A stretch of 64,000 nucleotides of DNA from Phycisphaerae bacterium (GTDB taxonomy: Bacteria > Planctomycetota > Phycisphaerae > UBA1845 > Fen-1342): the NCBI GenBank assembly GCA_963675745.2, contig CAXXWX010000026.1, positions 736,001 to 800,000 of the forward strand. The letters are read 5' to 3'. A program made the translations under genes and the position numbers. Below, one piece after another: positions 58,232 to 64,000 of this stretch (its first letter is position 1; each line of letters starts with the position of its first letter). The notes under the pieces are model-generated. The model worked only from the letters and a program-made list of their open reading frames with translations. It was not told the origin of the DNA and made no database searches.

Positions 58232-58993
58232 ATGCCGTCAAACAACCGCATGCCATTACTTCTTTGCCTGATCGTCGCTGGAGTTGTCGCATTCACAGGG
58301 TGCGACAAGGGTTCGCGCGAGGCGGCGCAGCCGGCCGCATCTTCCGCGGCCGACGACCAGCCCAGCGCCGATGAACTGTCCGACGTCCGCGAACTGGTCC
58401 AGAAAGAGGCTACCGAACGGCGGTCAGCCGCGCCCGGCGCGATGGACGGCATCCCCGCGGGACATCCACCGATCGACCAGCAGACCACCCGGCAGCGGCC
58501 GCCGCGACCGGCCGAGGCGACCGGCATCAAGTACGTCGCCCCGGAGTCATGGACCAAGGAAACGCCGGCTTCCTCGATGCGCGCCGATCAATACAGCTTG
58601 CCACGCGCCGAAGGTGACGAGGAAGACGGTGAGCTGGCGATCTTCAAATTCGCGGCCGGATCAGGCGGCGCCATCGACGCCAATATCTCCCGCTGGCGCA
58701 AGCAGTTCTCCACCGCCGACGGCCAACCATTGCCGGATGACAAAGCGCTCCCCACGAAGACCGAGGTTAACGGCCTCGAGGTCACCTTGATCGACATCGA
58801 CGGACGCTACCAGGCAACCAGCATGATGTTCGGCGGTGCGCCGCCCGCCGCCAAGGACAATTACCGCATGCTCGGCGCGCTGGTTGATACTCCCGTCGGA
58901 TTGTGGGTCTTCAAAGCAGTCGGTCCCGCCGCCACGATGGCCAAACATGAAGAGAGTTTCAGCCAGTTCGTGCAGTCAGTGGAAACCGAGTAA
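58232..58993 (+). CDS. Lipoprotein of unknown function
   Basis: Lipobox FTGC; PAGHPPI motif; P..W....SSMR, GG...ANI.RW..QF and W.FK..GP. Confidence 0.8.
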   Translation: MPSNNRMPLLLCLIVAGVVAFTGCDKGSREAAQPAASSAADDQPSADELSDVRELVQKEATERRSAAPGAMDGIPAGHPPIDQQTTRQRPPRPAEATGIKYVAPESWTKETPASSMRADQYSLPRAEGDEEDGELAIFKFAAGSGGAIDANISRWRKQFSTADGQPLPDDKALPTKTEVNGLEVTLIDIDGRYQATSMMFGGAPPAAKDNYRMLGALVDTPVGLWVFKAVGPAATMAKHEESFSQFVQSVETE

Positions 58994-59024
58994 CGCCGGT
59001 GTGTCAGTGAGGCCCAGCGCACCG

Positions 59025-59705
59025 ATGCCGGTCGTCGCAGGTGCCATCTGGATGGTGGCGGCCGTGCTGTGCAGCGGCTGCGCCCAGGTTAACGTCGATC
59101 TAAACGCCTACCTGGCGCGTGACGCATCATTCCCCGAGCCCGAGCGCGGTCAGACCATCGGCGTCGTCGTGGCATCGTCGCGCAACAACGCGCTGCTGGA
59201 GGATGAGGTCGCCGCAAAGGTCACGCGACTACTCGAGCAACAGGGCTATACCGTTGCCGTTGATAAAGAGCCGGACTATGTCCTGACCTGCGAGTTTGCG
59301 GTTGATTCCGGCCGCACCGTGGTCCGGACCGTCCGCCACGACGAGCCCCCCACCGTCTATCGTTCGTACTACCACGGCCCCGGTCGCATCTGTCGCGTGC
59401 GCACGACAACCCTGCCGGGCCGCACGCGTTATTTCACGCAGCGCCGCACCATCTACACACGTAGTCTGCACCTATCGCTGATCCGCGTTAGTGCCGCGCG
59501 TACCGACTCCGGCGAAACGCTCAGCGGGACCACCCTCTGGCAGTGTGACGCTCACAGCCCCGGTCAAAGCGCCGACCTGCGCTGGGTGATCAATCACCTG
59601 TTGCTCGCCGCGTTCGACCACTTCGGCGTCGATACGGGGCGGCGGGTGCATCTCACGCTGCCGTGGGAGGGAGAGCGCGTCATGAACCTGGCGGCCGGTG
59701 ATTGA
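59025..59705 (+). CDS. Putative lipoprotein (DUF4136-like)
   Basis: Lipobox-like CSGC; L...GY.....PDY and L.L.LI....LW pattern. Start uncertain (59001 or 59025). Confidence 0.6.
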   Translation: MPVVAGAIWMVAAVLCSGCAQVNVDLNAYLARDASFPEPERGQTIGVVVASSRNNALLEDEVAAKVTRLLEQQGYTVAVDKEPDYVLTCEFAVDSGRTVVRTVRHDEPPTVYRSYYHGPGRICRVRTTTLPGRTRYFTQRRTIYTRSLHLSLIRVSAARTDSGETLSGTTLWQCDAHSPGQSADLRWVINHLLLAAFDHFGVDTGRRVHLTLPWEGERVMNLAAGD

Positions 59706-59717
59706 ATCGCAACGCCA

Positions 59718-60992
59718 TTAATGCTCGTCAACCGTGATCACGTCTGCATCTTCACCGACGCCCAGGTAGCGCATGAGCGGCCCCATCGTCAGGCCCTGGA
59801 CAACCAACGAGAAAAACACGCAGCCAAAGCCGGCCACCAGCAGCGCCGGGCGGTAGTACGCCAGTATGCTTCCCTCGGGCAGTGCGTCCGCCGTCGGTAT
59901 GTGCAACAGTAGCGCGATCGGAATTGATCCGCGCAAACCGCCCCAGAACAGGATGTGCTTCCATGACTTCGGTCGCCGGCGGCCCACCTGGTTCAACCCC
60001 CAGTAGAACGAGTACGCGACCACACCGCGGCCGACCAGCATCGCCAGGATAGCCACCAGGCCGAGTCGCCACGGATCAACGGGAATCGGCCCCTGGATCT
60101 CGCGCAGCTCGAGCCCGATCAGAATGAACAGAAAGGAGTTCACAACGAATTCGAGCGATTCAAAGAACGTGTCGATTGTCTCGCGGGTTTTTGCGCCCAT
60201 CGTGAACTGCCGGCCGAAGTTGCCGATCAACAGCCCCGCCATCACCGTCGCAATCACACCCGAGAAGTGCAGCACCTCCGCCGCCCAGAAGGCCCCATAG
60301 GCCAGGACCAGACACAGGGCGTTTTCGAGCAGATGATCCTCAACACTGCGCAGCAGGGCGAACGTGATCAAACCCGCGACGGCCCCCAGCACCAGGCCGC
60401 CGGTGGAGATCTTCACAAACTCGAGCGCCGCCGACCCGACGCTCAGGTCGCCGCCACGCATGGCCGCTTCCAGCAGGATCGTGAACAGCACAATCCCGGT
60501 GGCATCATTGAATAGCGACTCACCCTCGACCAGGGCACGCAGGTCTTCCGGCGCCCGCGCCTGTTTGAACAGCGCCAATACACTGACCGGATCAGTCGGC
60601 GATATCATCGCCCCGAACAGCATCGCCACCAGAACCGACGATATGCCGGCCTGCCACCAGACCAGGCCCCCCACCAACAGCGTGGAGATGATCACACCCG
60701 GGACGGCGAAACACACGATCGGCGCAAGCTGTTTGAGCAGCCGACTGAGCTCCATGTGCAGCGCCCCCTGAAAGAGCAAGGGCGGCAGGAACACAAAGAA
60801 GATCAACTCGGTGCCGAAGCCCGTCTCCTCCGATTGGGGCCCCAGGTGCAGGACACCGATGCCAAACCCGACCAGCGTCAGAAAAATCGTGTACGGCAGG
60901 CGGGTGAACAACTTCACGACCACCCCGACGGCACAGGCCAGCAGCAACAGGCCTATGTAGACGCCGACGGCATGTTCAATCGCGTGTGGCAT
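59718..60992 (-). CDS. nhaP: CPA1/NhaP-family Na+(K+)/H+ antiporter
   Basis: FLPPLLF, SPTDPVSV, EGESLFNDATG and WGGLRG. Confidence 0.92.
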   Translation of the reverse strand: MPHAIEHAVGVYIGLLLLACAVGVVVKLFTRLPYTIFLTLVGFGIGVLHLGPQSEETGFGTELIFFVFLPPLLFQGALHMELSRLLKQLAPIVCFAVPGVIISTLLVGGLVWWQAGISSVLVAMLFGAMISPTDPVSVLALFKQARAPEDLRALVEGESLFNDATGIVLFTILLEAAMRGGDLSVGSAALEFVKISTGGLVLGAVAGLITFALLRSVEDHLLENALCLVLAYGAFWAAEVLHFSGVIATVMAGLLIGNFGRQFTMGAKTRETIDTFFESLEFVVNSFLFILIGLELREIQGPIPVDPWRLGLVAILAMLVGRGVVAYSFYWGLNQVGRRRPKSWKHILFWGGLRGSIPIALLLHIPTADALPEGSILAYYRPALLVAGFGCVFFSLVVQGLTMGPLMRYLGVGEDADVITVDEH

Positions 60993-61215
60993 GCGGCGTA
61001 GTGTAGCGGCTTACGCGGATGGATCGAGGGCGGGCGAGCTTCCGCAAAGGGTGGCCGGACGCAAAATCCACCGATTGTCGGCGCCAAATAACGTCGTTGC
61101 AAAACCACACGGCGTCAGGAACCGATATGAACAGCGTCCACGGTGTCGCCTTGAGGTAGTGCGTGGCAGATCGCTTGCCGTGGCGTCCCGCAAAAGTTCG
61201 ATGGGAGATCCTGAT

Positions 61216-62178
61216 ATGCGAACGGTCCTGATCACTGGCGCCGACGGTTTTGCAGGCAGCGTACTATTGGAGCACTTGCGCCAGCAGGGCTATAAGGCGG
61301 TTGCCGGCGTCCGTAACCGCGCACGCAAACTCGCATTGGAACAGCGTTACATCAGGTCGCTCGTCTGCGAGGTGGCTGACGCCATCAACGTCGCGCGCGT
61401 CGTCGCCGCCGTCAAGCCGGACAGCATCGTGCATCTGGCGGGCATGACGCGTGCGTACGAGGCTGAGGTGGATCCACTCGCCGGTTACCAGTCGATCGTA
61501 ACTGGTTGGGCCAACGTGCTGGATGCTGCACGCCGGGTCGTACCACGCGCGCGCATCCTGCTCATCAGTGCCTGCGACGTCTATGGCACATCCGCCACTG
61601 CGGACCGGCCGCTAAGCGAGAGCGACGGAATCTGCCCCGCAACGACCTTTGGCTCGCTGAAAGCCACCGCCGAGTCAATCGCCCATACCTTCCACAAGAA
61701 CCACCATCTCGACATCACGATCGCCAGGCCTTTCCATCACACCGGCCCGTGTCAGTCTGAGCATTTCTTCTTTGGCGCGGTCGCGAAGCGTCTGGCGGCC
61801 TGGGATCCAAGTGTCGATGGCGACCAGCTCGAACTGCCCGACCTGGACTGTCGCCGTGATGTGCTGCACGTCAAGGACGTGGCGGAGGCATACGAGGCAC
61901 TGCTCACAAACGGTCGGCCCAACGAGGTTTACAACGTCTGTGCGAACGCGACCCATACCTGCCGTGAGCTCGTACAGACGATGATCGACGCCAGCGGCGT
62001 ACAGGTGACTCTGCGGGATCAGCCGCCCTCCGACGACGAGAGCTGCGTGCCACCGGTCCTGTGGGGCGACAACCGGAAGATCTGCGAGGAAACCGGCTGG
62101 CAACCCGCCAGCAATGCCAATACGGCCGTCACCGAGCTGATGCGGCACTGCCAATCGCAGGTCGCCGCGCGCACGTAA
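61216..62178 (+). CDS. Extended SDR, GDP-mannose dehydratase/Rmd-like; catalytic Tyr replaced by Phe
   Basis: VLITGADGFAG, PDSIVHLAG, RPFHHTGP, RDVLHVKDV and EVYNVC; FGSLK in place of YxxxK. Confidence 0.85.
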   Translation: MRTVLITGADGFAGSVLLEHLRQQGYKAVAGVRNRARKLALEQRYIRSLVCEVADAINVARVVAAVKPDSIVHLAGMTRAYEAEVDPLAGYQSIVTGWANVLDAARRVVPRARILLISACDVYGTSATADRPLSESDGICPATTFGSLKATAESIAHTFHKNHHLDITIARPFHHTGPCQSEHFFFGAVAKRLAAWDPSVDGDQLELPDLDCRRDVLHVKDVAEAYEALLTNGRPNEVYNVCANATHTCRELVQTMIDASGVQVTLRDQPPSDDESCVPPVLWGDNRKICEETGWQPASNANTAVTELMRHCQSQVAART

Positions 62179-62321
62179 CGGGTGCGCCCGGTCCAACAGG
62201 TCTCGCCCCAGGGCGTGACGCCTCCCGAGCCGGCCGCCATAGCCGACACCTCCGCTCCACAATTGCACTGCCACAGCGGCGAGTTATCGGCTCGCACCCG
62301 TAATATCAGCGCGAACGGGGC

Positions 62322-62350
62322 TTGTCAGCTTTCTCCACCCGCGATATTAT
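62322..62350 (+). promoter_or_regulatory. Sigma70 promoter of rpsP-trmD-rplS
   Basis: TTGTCA-17 nt-TATTAT, about 100 bp upstream of rpsP. Confidence 0.7.
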
Positions 62351-62451
62351 GCATGACTCGCGCCCGTCCTCCGGTGATAGGGCGCACTGGTGAACCGTCT
62401 AGCAACCGTCTTTCGGCACCGCTCAACCGCGGCGCCGAATCGGAGATCGCG

Positions 62452-62706
62452 ATGTCTGTAAGGCTTCGGCTGAAACGCATGGGTCGTACGCACAGGTCGT
62501 TCTTTCGCGTAACTGCGATCGACACACGCAGTCCGCGCGACGGACGAGTTCTGGAGGAACTCGGCATTTACGATCCGGCGAACAAGAACGCCGAGCAACA
62601 GGTCGACTTGAACAAAGAGCGGATCGAATATTGGCTGAGCGTTGGCGCCCAGCCGTCCGACACCGTGCGAAACCTGCTCAGGAAAAACGATATTGCCGTC
62701 AAGTAG
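62452..62706 (+). CDS. rpsP: 30S ribosomal protein S16
   Basis: MSVRLRLKRMGR..R.FFR..AID.RSPRDGR.LEELG.YDP...YWLSVGAQPSDTV. Confidence 0.97.
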   Translation: MSVRLRLKRMGRTHRSFFRVTAIDTRSPRDGRVLEELGIYDPANKNAEQQVDLNKERIEYWLSVGAQPSDTVRNLLRKNDIAVK

Positions 62707-62740
62707 GACGGGTTGAAGCGGCCCATGGCCAAGAGAAACG

Positions 62741-63520
62741 ATGCGTATCGACGTCCTGACATTGTTCCCGGAGGTATTGCAGCCGTATCTAGCGGCGAGC
62801 ATCCTGGGGCGCGCGCAGGATGCCGGCCACGTTAGCTTCCACCTTCATCAACTCCGCGACTACACCGACGATCAACGCCATTTTACAGTAGACGATCGCC
62901 CGTTCGGCGGCGGCGCCGGCATGGTCCTAATGTGCCAGCCGATCTGTAACGCCGTCGAGGCGATAGAAGCGATGGACTCGCGAACGGCCCTGCGAATTCT
63001 CATGACTCCGCAGGGCCGTCCGTTTAACCAGCCGGCCGCCGCCCGTTTCGCTGGGGCCGAGCGGCTGCTGCTCATTTGCGGGCATTACGAAGGCTACGAT
63101 GAGCGGATCGTCGAGATTCTGCGGCCAATCGAGGTCAGCCTCGGCGATTTCGTGCTCACCGGCGGCGAGGTAGCCGCTCTGGCAGTCATCGACAGCGTTG
63201 TCCGTTTGTTGCCCGGTGTGCTGGGCAACGACGGCGCCACGCAAGACGAGAGCTTCCAGGGCAGCGAACTGGAATACCCGCAATACACCAGGCCACGCGA
63301 GTATCGCGGGCACGCGGTTCCCGAAGTCCTGCTGTCAGGGAACCATGCCGCCATCGATGCGTGGCGCAGACAGCAATCTGAACACCGCACCCGTCAGCGC
63401 CGGCCGGACCTGGCCCGCGATACCCGCTCCGGGTTCGCGACACGCGCGGCCGTTGGGTCGCGCAGCCACGGCGGCTATATGGGCGCAGAGGTGCGGCCCG
63501 CGGCGCAATGCGTCGCTTGA
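62741..63520 (+). CDS. trmD: tRNA (guanine-N1)-methyltransferase
   Basis: LTLFPE, VDDRPFGGGAGMV, CGHYEGYDER, GDFVLTGGE, EYPQYTRP and VPEVLLSGNH. Confidence 0.97.
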   Translation: MRIDVLTLFPEVLQPYLAASILGRAQDAGHVSFHLHQLRDYTDDQRHFTVDDRPFGGGAGMVLMCQPICNAVEAIEAMDSRTALRILMTPQGRPFNQPAAARFAGAERLLLICGHYEGYDERIVEILRPIEVSLGDFVLTGGEVAALAVIDSVVRLLPGVLGNDGATQDESFQGSELEYPQYTRPREYRGHAVPEVLLSGNHAAIDAWRRQQSEHRTRQRRPDLARDTRSGFATRAAVGSRSHGGYMGAEVRPAAQCVA

Positions 63521-63544
63521 CGACCCACGAGGGAGAGCCGATCC

Positions 63545-64000
63545 ATGCGTAATCATCTGGTTGATGTTGTCGAAAGCAAATACCGCCGTCCCAATAGCCT
63601 GGACTTCGAGATCGGCGACAACGTGGTGGTGACGATCCGCATCATCGAGGGTGAAAAAGAACGCTTGCAGGACTTCAGCGGCACGGTCATCGCGCGACGT
63701 GGTGGCGGACTGAGCGAGACGTTCACGGTGCGCAAGCTGGTCGGCGACGAGGGCGTGGAACGCATCTTCCCGATCCACTCGCCGAAGGTCACCTCGATCA
63801 AGACGACACGCAGCGGCAAGGTCCGCCGGTGCAAGCTGTACTACCTACGTGATCGCGTCGGCAAGGCTCGCAAGCTGAAAGAACGCCGCATCACGGCCGA
63901 CGCGCGCCGCGCCGCGGCTGAGGCGCGGGCCGCCAAGCAGCGTGCGATCGCCGAGGCGCAGGAGCGCATCACGCGCGCCAAGGCCGAGCGCGCCGCGCAT
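63545..64000 (+). CDS. rplS: 50S ribosomal protein L19 (runs off the window end; Ala/Arg-rich C-terminal extension)
   Basis: Not in the ORF track. My translation: [44 protein letters not shown]....GVERIFP.HSP...[15 protein letters not shown]. Confidence 0.96.
   Translation, partial: MRNHLVDVVESKYRRPNSLDFEIGDNVVVTIRIIEGEKERLQDFSGTVIARRGGGLSETFTVRKLVGDEGVERIFPIHSPKVTSIKTTRSGKVRRCKLYYLRDRVGKARKLKERRITADARRAAAEARAAKQRAIAEAQERITRAKAERAAH

Noticed and set aside
48898..59705. MtrAB-type porin-cytochrome conduit
   Set aside because: No beta-barrel outer-membrane protein is recognisable, so extracellular transfer is not demonstrated by this window.
61030..61080. GGACGCAAAA resembling part of a c-di-GMP-I riboswitch
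   Set aside because: The GGCAAA/GAAA P2 hairpin and P3 elements do not fit; an Infernal scan would be needed to revive it.

Overview
GC-rich bacterial DNA, most likely Planctomycetota (probably Phycisphaerae). This is inferred from a prepilin/H-X9-DG-type gene, a double-DUF4159 protein, a 5-domain S1 protein, a UAP1-type uridylyltransferase, a TTQP-rich linker, and rpsP-trmD-rplS without rimM. Left to right: a partial TetR gene; a GT2/methyltransferase/GT-C glycosylation module; a truncated dcw cluster (mraZ-rsmH-LysM protein-ftsL-like-ftsI-murE-murF-mraY-ftsW, with no murD, murG, murC or ftsQAZ); housekeeping genes; an acyltransferase-fabZ-ACP-fabZ-inactive KS-active KS lipid cluster; prmC-murA; ZnuACB-type ABC genes and apbE. 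Next is a ~17 kb multiheme respiratory island: ccsA and ccsB-like genes, an octaheme OTR-type lipoprotein on a collagen-like (DGT)9 stalk, a PAS-LuxR regulator, two paralogous cytochrome c/cytochrome b modules (one fused, one split), a 20-heme NHL-propeller cytochrome and a lipoprotein. It carries 44 CXXCH plus 6 CX3-4CH motifs by manual count. The window ends with nhaP, an Rmd-like SDR, rpsP, trmD and a partial rplS. Several palindromic or heptamer intergenic repeats are present. No rRNA, tRNA, CRISPR array or transposase was recognised. All calls come from reading motifs by eye; no database search was run.
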